DNA from: Gemmatimonadota bacterium
GTDB taxonomy: Bacteria > Gemmatimonadota > Gemmatimonadetes > JACCXV01 > JAHWKZ01
Assembly (NCBI GenBank): GCA_035699465.1
Contig: DASSPT010000070.1
Coordinates: forward strand, 1 to 55,869
Direction of reading: 5' to 3'
DNA length: 55,869 nt
Shown here: piece by piece, positions 48,262 through 55,869 of the stretch
Layout: each line of letters begins with the position of its first letter
How positions within the stretch are numbered: the stretch's first letter is position 1
Translations under genes and position numbers: made by a program
The notes under the pieces: generated by a model
What the model was told of the DNA's origin: nothing
The model's database searches: none
What the model saw: only the letters and a program-made list of their open reading frames with translations

Positions 48262-49188
48262 ATGGCCAGCCCCGTTTCCGTCATCATCCCCGTCCATAAT
48301 CGCCCCGAGTTTCTCCTGGGAGCCGTCGACTCGCTGATCGCGACCCGCTACCCGGCACTCGAGATCGTGATCGTCGATGACGGGTCGAGCGACGACACCC
48401 TGATCCGGGCGCGGCAGCTCGAGGAGCGCTTTCCGCGGCTGATCCGGGTGTTCCAGCACCACGACCGCGGGAACCACGGGCCCGGGACATCGCGGAACGT
48501 GGGAGTGCGGATGTCGTCGGGCGAGTACGTATGCTTCCTGGACTCGGACGACGTGGTGCTGCCGAACCGGTTCCATGTCGCCGTGCCCCTGCTGGACGGG
48601 GATCCCGCCATCGATGGAGTCGCCGAGCGCTTCCTGGTCCAGGAAGGGCAGACTGGACCGCCCATGGAAGAGCCTGGAAGGGCGGTGCCGCTGGAGGGGG
48701 TGCCGGGCCCGCGCATTCGGTGGCATACGAACTCGATTCTTCTCAGGCGGCGGTGCTTCCTGGAGGCCGGGGGCTTCAGCGAGCGCCTGAGGACGTGTGA
48801 GGATCTCGCCCTTTGGCTGAAGCTCCTTCTCTCGGCACGCATCGTTCCAGGGGGGCCGGATCCCGTGGTCGTCAACCGGCGCCACGAAGGGAACCTGGAC
48901 GTGATCCTCGAGAACAGCCTTCTCGCCTACCTGGAGGCGCTGGCGTGGACGCGCGGCCGCGGCCTCCAGCCAGAGCGGATCGCCGCTCTGCGGGAGGTGA
49001 TCTGGGGGAAGACGCTGTTCGTCTGCGACCGGTTGATGCGCCGGGGGGACTTCCGCCTGGCGATCCGCATGCTGCGTTCCTCGGCCAGGGCGAACCCCGC
49101 GTTTCTGCTGCGCACGCGCTACTGGAGGAACATGCTGCGGGCCCTTCTGTCGACGAGAGCCAGGGGTGCCGAAGCGGTGGGCCCCTGA
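48262..49188 (+). CDS. Glycosyltransferase family 2
   Basis: 308 aa. VSVIIPVHNRPEFL, VDDGSSDDT, and FLDSDD. Confidence 0.88.
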   Translation: MASPVSVIIPVHNRPEFLLGAVDSLIATRYPALEIVIVDDGSSDDTLIRARQLEERFPRLIRVFQHHDRGNHGPGTSRNVGVRMSSGEYVCFLDSDDVVLPNRFHVAVPLLDGDPAIDGVAERFLVQEGQTGPPMEEPGRAVPLEGVPGPRIRWHTNSILLRRRCFLEAGGFSERLRTCEDLALWLKLLLSARIVPGGPDPVVVNRRHEGNLDVILENSLLAYLEALAWTRGRGLQPERIAALREVIWGKTLFVCDRLMRRGDFRLAIRMLRSSARANPAFLLRTRYWRNMLRALLSTRARGAEAVGP

Positions 49189-50174
49189 TGTCCGCTCCCA
49201 CGATCACGATCGTCACTCCCAGCCTCAATCAGGGTCAGTTCCTGGAGGAAACACTGCGCTCGGTTCTGGACCAGAAGCTGCCCGGCCTCGAGTACATCGT
49301 CATCGACGGCGGGAGCAGCGACGGGACAGTGGACATCCTGCGACGCTACGAGGGGCGGCTCGCCCGTTGGGTGAGCGAGCCCGATCTCGGCCAGGCCGAC
49401 GCGATCAACAAGGGGTTTTCGCTGGGTACCGGGGAGATCTTCGGATACCTGAATAGCGACGATATGCACGCCCCCGGATGCCTGACCCGCGTGGTGACGG
49501 ATTTCCGGTCCGGACCCGCTCGGGCGTGGCACGCGTATCCGGTGGAGACCTTCTCGGCCGACCGCGTCATCGCAGTCGAGTCGCCTCCGACGCTCGGTCG
49601 AAGGCTGGCGGAGACCCTTTCCGAAGATGAGGCACCACCCACGAACGATCTCCTCCAGTGGGTACTCGGGCAGGTCAGCCTTCACCAGCCAGGCGTCTTC
49701 TGGCGTCGGGAACAGTGGGCCGCGGTCGGGGGCTTCGATACCCGATACCATTACGCGTTCGATCGGCATTTCTTCATGAAGCTCATCGCGGCGGGCTACC
49801 CGCTCGTCTGTCACGGCGGGCTCCCGGTCGCGCGGTTCCGCCTTCACGAACAGTCCAAGACGGGGATGCATCTCGGCGGCGCGGACAATCGCTTCGTCCG
49901 GGAACGAATGCGGATCTGTGACGAGCTCGAACGGGCGCTGCCTCCGGGGGAACGAAAACTCGCCCGGCGCGTGAGAACCGACGACGCGATCTCGACGAGC
50001 TGGAGGATGTTCCGCGAAGGGGCATCGCGGCGCAGCTGCTGCCTGTGGCTCGGCCGCCTGGCACTGTCGCGCCGCGAGGCCCTGCGGAGTCGATACTTCT
50101 GGGGGAGCGCCGCGCGGTTCCTGATGCGGCCCCGGCCGCCGGACCGGCGGATCGGGGAGCGTCGATCCCCATGA
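49188..50174 (+). CDS. Glycosyltransferase family 2
   Basis: ATG 49188 overlaps the upstream TGA by 1 nt. ITIVTPSLNQGQFL, IDGGSSDGT, and YLNSDD. Confidence 0.85.
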   Translation: MSAPTITIVTPSLNQGQFLEETLRSVLDQKLPGLEYIVIDGGSSDGTVDILRRYEGRLARWVSEPDLGQADAINKGFSLGTGEIFGYLNSDDMHAPGCLTRVVTDFRSGPARAWHAYPVETFSADRVIAVESPPTLGRRLAETLSEDEAPPTNDLLQWVLGQVSLHQPGVFWRREQWAAVGGFDTRYHYAFDRHFFMKLIAAGYPLVCHGGLPVARFRLHEQSKTGMHLGGADNRFVRERMRICDELERALPPGERKLARRVRTDDAISTSWRMFREGASRRSCCLWLGRLALSRREALRSRYFWGSAARFLMRPRPPDRRIGERRSP

Positions 50175-51520
50175 GCCGTCCCTCCCGCCCGGGATCCCGG
50201 CGCCTGCTGTTCGTGGCCGGCTCCGCCCACCTTCTCGGCGGGCTGGCGAGCTGGCTCGACTACGTCCTCCCCGGCCTGGCCGGACGGGGCTGGGATCCGG
50301 TGCTGGGGCTGGTCGAGGGGCCGCGTCATCACCGGCCGGAGCGCTTGATCGCGGCGCATCCCCACGAGCGCTGGATCCGGATCCCGAGCCCGACGGGAAC
50401 GCCGGAGGGGCGCTGCCGCGCGCTGGCCGAAGCGCTCATCGACCAGCGGCCGTCCGTCGCGCTCTCCGTGAACATCCCGGACCTCTTCCCGGCCCTCCAC
50501 CGGGTCCGAGGCGCGGGGAACGCCGTGCGCGGCGTCATGACGGTGCACGGGATCGAGCCCGAGCTCTACGCCGACGCCTTCCGGTTCCGGGAGGTCATGG
50601 ATGGAGCGGTGGCCACGAACCGCCTTGCCTGCCGGCTTCTCGAAGCGATCGGAGGCATCGTCTCGGAACGGGTCTTCTATGCGCCGTACGGCGTGGAGAC
50701 GCAGGTGTACGGTGTCCGCGAGAGGGGCAACGGATCGCCCCTGTGCATCGGATACTCCGGAAGGCTGGAGCAATCCCAGAAGCGGGTCGGCGATCTGCCG
50801 CTCGTCGCGCAAGCACTCGATGCCATGGAGGTACGCCACGCATGGGCGATCGCGGGTGACGGCCCCGAGGAGGGCAGTCTGCGTCGCGACATGCCGGCAG
50901 GCCGGACGACCTTTCTCGGGCCGCTGGCGGTGGGCGAGATCGGCCGGCTCCTGTACGCGCGGATCGACGCCCTGGTCGTACCCTCGGCATGGGAGACGGG
51001 GCCGCTCGTCGCCTGGGAGGCGATGGCCGCCGACGTTCCGGTGGTCGCATCGCGCTACCTGGGATCCGGACTCGAGGCCGCGCTGCGACACGAGGAGAAC
51101 GCGCTCCTGTTCGACCCGGGCGACGCCGAGGCCGCGGCGCGTCAGCTGGCCCGGATCGCGCGGGAGCCAGGGCTCTCCGACCGATTGGCCGCCGGGGGGC
51201 GGGAGCTCCTGCGGCAGCGGTACAGCCGGGAGCGCTCCGTCGAGGCGTGGGAACGGGCGATCGAAGCGGTCCTCGCGCTGCCGTCCCTGCCGCCGGCCGG
51301 CCCGCCGCGGGTCCCGCCGGCCAGCGGGCGCCTCGAGCGGTGGGTGGGAGCGGGCCGGGCCGAAACCATCCGCCGCCTGCTGGGCCGGACCGGCCCGGAT
51401 GCCGGCTCGGGGGGCGAGTGGCCTCACGCGTACGGAGCGGGGCTCGAGCGGGGCGCGTTCTTTCGCCGCGCGGCGGAGCTGGACCGGGTCGAGTCCGGGC
51501 ACGCGTGCTCGCGCCCGTGA
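50171..51520 (+). CDS. Glycosyltransferase family 4 (GT-B fold)
   Basis: ATGA overlap at 50171. C-terminal VVPSAWETGPLVAWEAMAADVPVV (EX7E region). Confidence 0.82.
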   Translation: MSRPSRPGSRRLLFVAGSAHLLGGLASWLDYVLPGLAGRGWDPVLGLVEGPRHHRPERLIAAHPHERWIRIPSPTGTPEGRCRALAEALIDQRPSVALSVNIPDLFPALHRVRGAGNAVRGVMTVHGIEPELYADAFRFREVMDGAVATNRLACRLLEAIGGIVSERVFYAPYGVETQVYGVRERGNGSPLCIGYSGRLEQSQKRVGDLPLVAQALDAMEVRHAWAIAGDGPEEGSLRRDMPAGRTTFLGPLAVGEIGRLLYARIDALVVPSAWETGPLVAWEAMAADVPVVASRYLGSGLEAALRHEENALLFDPGDAEAAARQLARIAREPGLSDRLAAGGRELLRQRYSRERSVEAWERAIEAVLALPSLPPAGPPRVPPASGRLERWVGAGRAETIRRLLGRTGPDAGSGGEWPHAYGAGLERGAFFRRAAELDRVESGHACSRP

Positions 51521-52488
51521 AGCTCGCCGCAGGGCAGGCGTGGTCCGCGTGGCGGGGGTATCCAGCCATGCGGCGCGCGCTCCTCGCCGCCCGGCCCGGA
51601 CCGCCCATTCTGGTCACCGGCGTATACCGCTCGGGAACCACCTGGGCCGGCGCCATGCTCGCGCCGGCGGGCCTGTGGCACCTCCACGAGCCCTTCAACC
51701 CGAACCGCGGGCTATGGCAGGACGAGCTGGCCTATGCCGAAGCAGGGACGGCCCAGCCGGAGATCGACCGTCTCGTGGCGGAGCTCCTGGGCGGCGGGCA
51801 CCGCGCGACACTCCGTCTGCCGAGGTCGGGCCGCTGGTTCACGCCTCTGCGACTCCTGCCGATCAAGCCGCGACGCGTCCTGATCAAAGACCCCTCGGCG
51901 GCGCTGCTCTCCGAGTACCTCGTTCGCCGGCACGGAATGCGGACCTTGATCCTGTTCCGTCATCCCGCGGCCGTTGTCGGCAGCTTCCTGCGTCTCGGAT
52001 GGCCGACCGGATCGCTCGTTGGAAGGCTGCTCGCGAGCGCCCCGCTCATGGATGGGCCGCTGGCGGGCATGGGTGAGGCGATGGAGGAGGCGGCCGGCCG
52101 CGATGGCGCGTTCCCGGGGAGCGTGCTCTGCGCATGCCTCGCGCGTGCGCTGTGGGATTTCTCGGAGCGAAACCCCGACTCGATGATCCGCGCGTCCTTC
52201 GAGGAGCTCTGCCGCGACCCGATCGGCGGATTCCGCGCGCTGTTCGAGCGCCTCGATCTCGCCTACGACGATCGGGTGCGGGAGGAGCACTTCCGGCTGA
52301 CGGCCGGGGGGGAGAATGGCGAGGACGGCGAGCACGGAGTGGTTCGTGCGAGCGTAGAGCTCGCGGAGCGGTGGCGGAGCCGGGTTCAGGAGGCCGATCT
52401 GAAGGTGATCCGGAGCACCTGGGAGCGCCTCGGCCCCCCGCTCTATCGCGAGCCCGTCGACTGGCCGCCGGAAGGGGAGCGCGCATGA
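51517..52488 (+). CDS. Sulfotransferase 2
   Basis: GTGA overlap at 51517 (alternative ATG 51568). PAPS 5'-PSB loop ILVTGVYRSGTTW, and a RHP region FRHPAAVV (3'-PB-like). Confidence 0.8.
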   Translation: MKLAAGQAWSAWRGYPAMRRALLAARPGPPILVTGVYRSGTTWAGAMLAPAGLWHLHEPFNPNRGLWQDELAYAEAGTAQPEIDRLVAELLGGGHRATLRLPRSGRWFTPLRLLPIKPRRVLIKDPSAALLSEYLVRRHGMRTLILFRHPAAVVGSFLRLGWPTGSLVGRLLASAPLMDGPLAGMGEAMEEAAGRDGAFPGSVLCACLARALWDFSERNPDSMIRASFEELCRDPIGGFRALFERLDLAYDDRVREEHFRLTAGGENGEDGEHGVVRASVELAERWRSRVQEADLKVIRSTWERLGPPLYREPVDWPPEGERA

Positions 52489-53585
52489 ACAGCTCCGGGG
52501 ACGCAGGCAGCAGGAAGGCCGGAGTCCGGACGAAGCTCGGCGCGATCCTCCTCGATTGGCCGACTTACGAATGGAACCTCCACGGCGCGAACGGCTCTCC
52601 AGGCAGGCACTGGACGCGGATCGGCAATCGCCGCGATCACATTCGGCACGGTCCGGAGGGCCGGGGCGCGTGGCCGGAAGGCCGCTGGACGAGCCGACTA
52701 CACGCCTGCGAGGTCTTTCCCTCGCTGGGCGGCCGCCTCATGGCGCGCGCGCTCCGGGAATGGCCGCTCGCGTTCGCGGATCGGCCGTCGTCGGGCCACG
52801 GGGACGCCGAGCCCGACGTGACGTTCGTGATCGGCCACCGGGGGATCGAGCGCCTGCCCCATCTGTCGCGGGTCCTCGCCACGATCGCGGCGCAGGCCGG
52901 CGCGACGGTCGAATGCGTGCTCGTCGAGCAATCCGCGCGGCAGGAGATCGCCGGACGCCTGCCGGATTGGGTGCGGTACCTTCATACGCCGATCACGGAC
53001 GGGATGCCCTACTCGCGCGCGTGGGCGTTCAACGTCGGCGCCCGCGCGGCGCGGGGCGGCGTGCTCGTCTTCCACGACAACGACATGCTGGCGCCGCGAG
53101 GCTACGCCGCCGAGGCGCTGTCCGTGCGTGCCAGAGGGTTCGAGGTCATGAACTTGAAGCGCTTCGTCTTCTACCTGGGCGCGCGCGAGAGCGGCCGCGT
53201 CCTGGCGGGCGCGCCGGTCGAAGGCCGTCCGGAGCGGGTCGTGCAGAACCTCGAGGGAGGCGGGAGCGTGGCGGTCGATCGAGCGGCCTTCTTCGCTGTC
53301 GGCGGCTTCGACGAAGCGTTCGTCGGATGGGGCGGCGAGGACAACGAGTTCTGGGAGCGCTGCGCGGCGCGCAGGGTATGGCCCTGGGGCTATCTCCCGC
53401 TGGTACACCTCCACCACGACGAGCAGCCCGGCAAGGGCCGGCGGGACCGCGCCACCGCGCGGCTGCTGGACGAGCGCTCGCGTCTGCCGGCGGAGGCGCG
53501 CGTGCGCGAGCTGTCGGCCCGCGCCTTCGGGCGGATCGAGGGTCCGGATCCGGCGTACAGGGAGTCCCCCGAGGGAGCCGCATGA
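52485..53585 (+). CDS. Glycosyltransferase, GT-A fold with galactosyltransferase-like C-terminal motif
   Basis: ATGA overlap at 52485. VTFVIGHRG, FHDNDM (DxD), and GWGGEDNEFWER. Confidence 0.75.
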   Translation: MNSSGDAGSRKAGVRTKLGAILLDWPTYEWNLHGANGSPGRHWTRIGNRRDHIRHGPEGRGAWPEGRWTSRLHACEVFPSLGGRLMARALREWPLAFADRPSSGHGDAEPDVTFVIGHRGIERLPHLSRVLATIAAQAGATVECVLVEQSARQEIAGRLPDWVRYLHTPITDGMPYSRAWAFNVGARAARGGVLVFHDNDMLAPRGYAAEALSVRARGFEVMNLKRFVFYLGARESGRVLAGAPVEGRPERVVQNLEGGGSVAVDRAAFFAVGGFDEAFVGWGGEDNEFWERCAARRVWPWGYLPLVHLHHDEQPGKGRRDRATARLLDERSRLPAEARVRELSARAFGRIEGPDPAYRESPEGAA

Positions 53586-54565
53586 TCGAGCCCGGTCTCG
53601 TATCGACCATCGTTCCCGTGCATGACCGGTCGGCGATGCTGCTCGACGCCGTCGAGAGCGTGCTCGCCCAGTCGTACCGGCCCCTGGAGATCCTCATCGT
53701 CGACGACGGATCGACCGACGACACGCCGGCGGTGGCGGACGCGCTGGCAGCCGATCATCCCGAAGTGCAGGCGATCCACGTCCCGAACGGCGGCCCGGGC
53801 GTCGCCCGGGAGGCCGGCCGCCGGCGGGCGCGCGGGGAGTTCGTCCAGTACCTCGACAGCGACGACGTGCTGCTGTCCGGCAAGTTCCAGAGCCAGGTGC
53901 GCGCCCTGAGCGCGGATCCCGAGTGCGGCGTGTGCTATGGGATGACCCGCTACATCGACGCGGCCGGCGAGGGCGCCGACCGCGCCTGGCGACGCACCGG
54001 AGAACGGATCGAGCGCATGTTCCCGTCGTTTCTCGTCGATCGCTGGTGGGGCACGTCGACGCCGCTCTACCGCCGCAGCGTCACGGACGCGGCCGGCCCC
54101 TGGACGGCGCTCCGGAACGAGGAGGACTGGGAGTACGATTGCCGCGTGGCGGCGCTCGGGCGCCCCCTGGCGTACGTGTCCGAGTTCGTGTCCGAGCAGC
54201 GCGGGCACGCCGCCGATCGCCTGAGTCGCGACGGCTCGAGCGACCCGGCCAAGCTGCGCGACCGGGCGGCGGCCCATGCGCTCATCCTGAAACATGCCGA
54301 GCGGGCGGGGATCGGACCGCAGCAAGAGGAAATGCGCCATTTCGTCCGCGAGCTCTTTCTACTCTCCCGGCAATGCGGCGCCGCCGGTCTCGGCTTCGAG
54401 GCGCGCCACCTCCATGCGCTGGCAGTCCGGTCGGCGAAAGGCGGCGAGGACGGCAGGATCGACCTGCGGATCTACGGGGCACTGGCCTCGGTCCTGGGAT
54501 GGGATCGCATGGGGAGCCTGACGTGCGCGCTCGATCGCCGGCGCGCGCGGCGCGGGAAGCCGTGA
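53582..54565 (+). CDS. Glycosyltransferase family 2
   Basis: ATGA overlap at 53582. VSTIVPVHDRSAML, VDDGSTDDT, and YLDSDD. Confidence 0.88.
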   Translation: MIEPGLVSTIVPVHDRSAMLLDAVESVLAQSYRPLEILIVDDGSTDDTPAVADALAADHPEVQAIHVPNGGPGVAREAGRRRARGEFVQYLDSDDVLLSGKFQSQVRALSADPECGVCYGMTRYIDAAGEGADRAWRRTGERIERMFPSFLVDRWWGTSTPLYRRSVTDAAGPWTALRNEEDWEYDCRVAALGRPLAYVSEFVSEQRGHAADRLSRDGSSDPAKLRDRAAAHALILKHAERAGIGPQQEEMRHFVRELFLLSRQCGAAGLGFEARHLHALAVRSAKGGEDGRIDLRIYGALASVLGWDRMGSLTCALDRRRARRGKP

Positions 54566-55416
54566 GGAGCGGCGACGTCTTCGTGCACGGGGTGCTCCCC
54601 CGGTCGGGGACCAACTACCTCGCGCGGGCGCTCCAGTGCCACCCCGACCTCCGCGCGAGTCCCCGGAGCGTGTGGGAGTTCCCACACCTGCCCAATTCCG
54701 ATCCGCTGGTCACGTATGCCCGCTCGATGGCACGCGCGCCGAACCTCCCCGAACTGGACGAGGACGATGTCCTGGAACTCGTTGGCGACGCGTGGCTGGA
54801 GTGGGCGTCCGCCGGGCTCCCGGCGGGCCGCCGCCTGGTGCTCAAAGAACCGTCCGTCCGGAACCTGGACCGCTTCCTTCGATTCTTCCCCCGGTCCTTT
54901 CTCGTGATCCTCATGCGGGACGGCCGCGACATCGCGTGCTCGTCGCTGCGCACCTCGTTCGCGGCGCCCCCCTGCTTCCGTGTCTTTCATCCCGGCACCT
55001 ATCGCCGGGCATTCCGCAGTCCCCTCGGGGAGCTGGCGCGCAGGTGGCGCGATGCGAGCCGGACCGTGGGCGCGTTTCTGGAGACGCCCGAAGGGCGTGA
55101 GCGGGCGCGCGTCGTGCGTTTCGAGGATCTCGTCCGGGAGCCGGAATCGCAGCTGCGCGGGATGCTCGAGTTCCTGGAGCTGCCGGCGGAGGACTTCGCG
55201 TGGGACTCCTTCCGGGCGCTGGGGGTACGGGGCTCCTCGTTCGTCGGCGAGTCGGGACAGAAGCTCGACTGGAGCGGCCGGCAGCCGACCCCGGAGGACT
55301 TCGATCCGGTGGGCCGCTGGCGGTCGTGGACCGAACGCGAGGTTCGCCGTTTCGAGGCGGTCGCCGGGGAGGAGCTCGCGCGCTGGGGGTATGCGGACGC
55401 CGTGGATTCCGGGTGA
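54562..55416 (+). CDS. Sulfotransferase 3
   Basis: GTGA overlap at 54562. The 5'-PSB loop is VFVHGVLPRSGTNYL, and LMRDGRD is the 3'-PB-like region. Confidence 0.8.
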   Translation: MRSGDVFVHGVLPRSGTNYLARALQCHPDLRASPRSVWEFPHLPNSDPLVTYARSMARAPNLPELDEDDVLELVGDAWLEWASAGLPAGRRLVLKEPSVRNLDRFLRFFPRSFLVILMRDGRDIACSSLRTSFAAPPCFRVFHPGTYRRAFRSPLGELARRWRDASRTVGAFLETPEGRERARVVRFEDLVREPESQLRGMLEFLELPAEDFAWDSFRALGVRGSSFVGESGQKLDWSGRQPTPEDFDPVGRWRSWTEREVRRFEAVAGEELARWGYADAVDSG

Positions 55417-55869
55417 GCGAGCCGCGCGCGTTCCTCGTCGCGGGCCACCCGCGATCGGGTACTACCGTGCTGACCCGGCTGCTGAACACGCATCCCGAGG
55501 TCGAGGCCACGTTCGAGCTGGGCGCGTTCGCGCGACTGGACGCGCCGTATCCGGAGTATCGGCGCGCCTTGCGCCTGAGCTATCGCGATCGCCCCGTGCG
55601 TGGCGTAGGAGCCGGGTCTCCCCGGGCGAGGACCTGGGCCAGCCGGCGCTTCTTGGCCGAGTTCCGCTATCGCCTGTGGAGGAGGCGTCGCGGCGTGATC
55701 GGGCTGGATACCGTCGCCGACCTCCTCTCCCGGACGCTCCGCCGCTCGTGGGTCGGCGACAAGCTGCCGAGCTACGTGTTCGAGCTCGACGACCTGGCTC
55801 CACGGGAAGGGCTGGACCGCATCGTCATCCTCCGCGACTGCCGCGCGGTCACGGCTTCGACCCTGGCGC
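55413..55869 (+). CDS. Sulfotransferase 4 (5' partial; runs off the window end; absent from the ORF track)
   Basis: GTG 55413 overlaps the upstream TGA. The translation VSEPRAFLVAGHPRSGTTVLTRLLNTHPEV... stays open to the last base. It includes VILRDCR (3'-PB-like). Confidence 0.7.
   Translation, partial: MSEPRAFLVAGHPRSGTTVLTRLLNTHPEVEATFELGAFARLDAPYPEYRRALRLSYRDRPVRGVGAGSPRARTWASRRFLAEFRYRLWRRRRGVIGLDTVADLLSRTLRRSWVGDKLPSYVFELDDLAPREGLDRIVILRDCRAVTASTLA

Overview
This is a 55.9-kb, very GC-rich bacterial chromosomal window. My hand counts give about 70-75% GC on typical 60-nt lines. It is almost entirely coding and mostly core metabolism.

**Layout**
- **43-8818:** a nine-gene aromatic amino-acid operon. 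It holds a TrpG/PabA-type amidotransferase, AroH chorismate mutase, DAHP synthase, aroA, aroE, aroC, a fused aroK-aroB, aroQ and a class-III aminotransferase. Every junction is a 4-nt ATGA or GTGA overlap.
- **8859-20455:** an LVIVD lipoprotein, DUF1697, a CNNM/CorC-type transporter, and a small redox module (MerR-like regulator, a SelW/Rdx-like gene with an in-frame TGA and a downstream hairpin, and an FAD/NAD reductase). These are followed by yggX-greA, glpD, dus, a DsbA-like protein, a TIGR02587/02588-like membrane pair, and tRNA-Phe(GAA) plus tRNA-Thr(CGU).
- **20630-32595:** mgtE, an ABC exporter, a bacterial type IB topoisomerase, phosphohexomutase-glmS, dtd, maf, mtnA and an AGE-family epimerase.
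- **32763-40955:** the conserved translation and envelope block rplM-rpsI and rpsB-tsf-pyrH-frr-uppS-cdsA-dxr-rseP.
- **about 41000 to the window end:** a co-directional glycan assembly locus that is translationally coupled at most junctions. It contains four divergent PAPS-type sulfotransferases, five glycosyltransferases, a DUF2064 transferase-like protein with a polycationic GKGRG-repeat N-terminus, an initiating phosphoglycosyl transferase, a geranylgeranyl-reductase-like flavoprotein, GDP-L-fucose synthase and a Wzm/Wzt ABC exporter.

**Best novelty candidates**
- A predicted ABC-transporter-dependent sulfated, fucose-containing glycan system.
- A selenoprotein gene that the ORF track splits at its TGA.

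I found no CRISPR array, rRNA, transposase or integrase. Most long ORFs antisense to these genes are GC-driven shadow ORFs.
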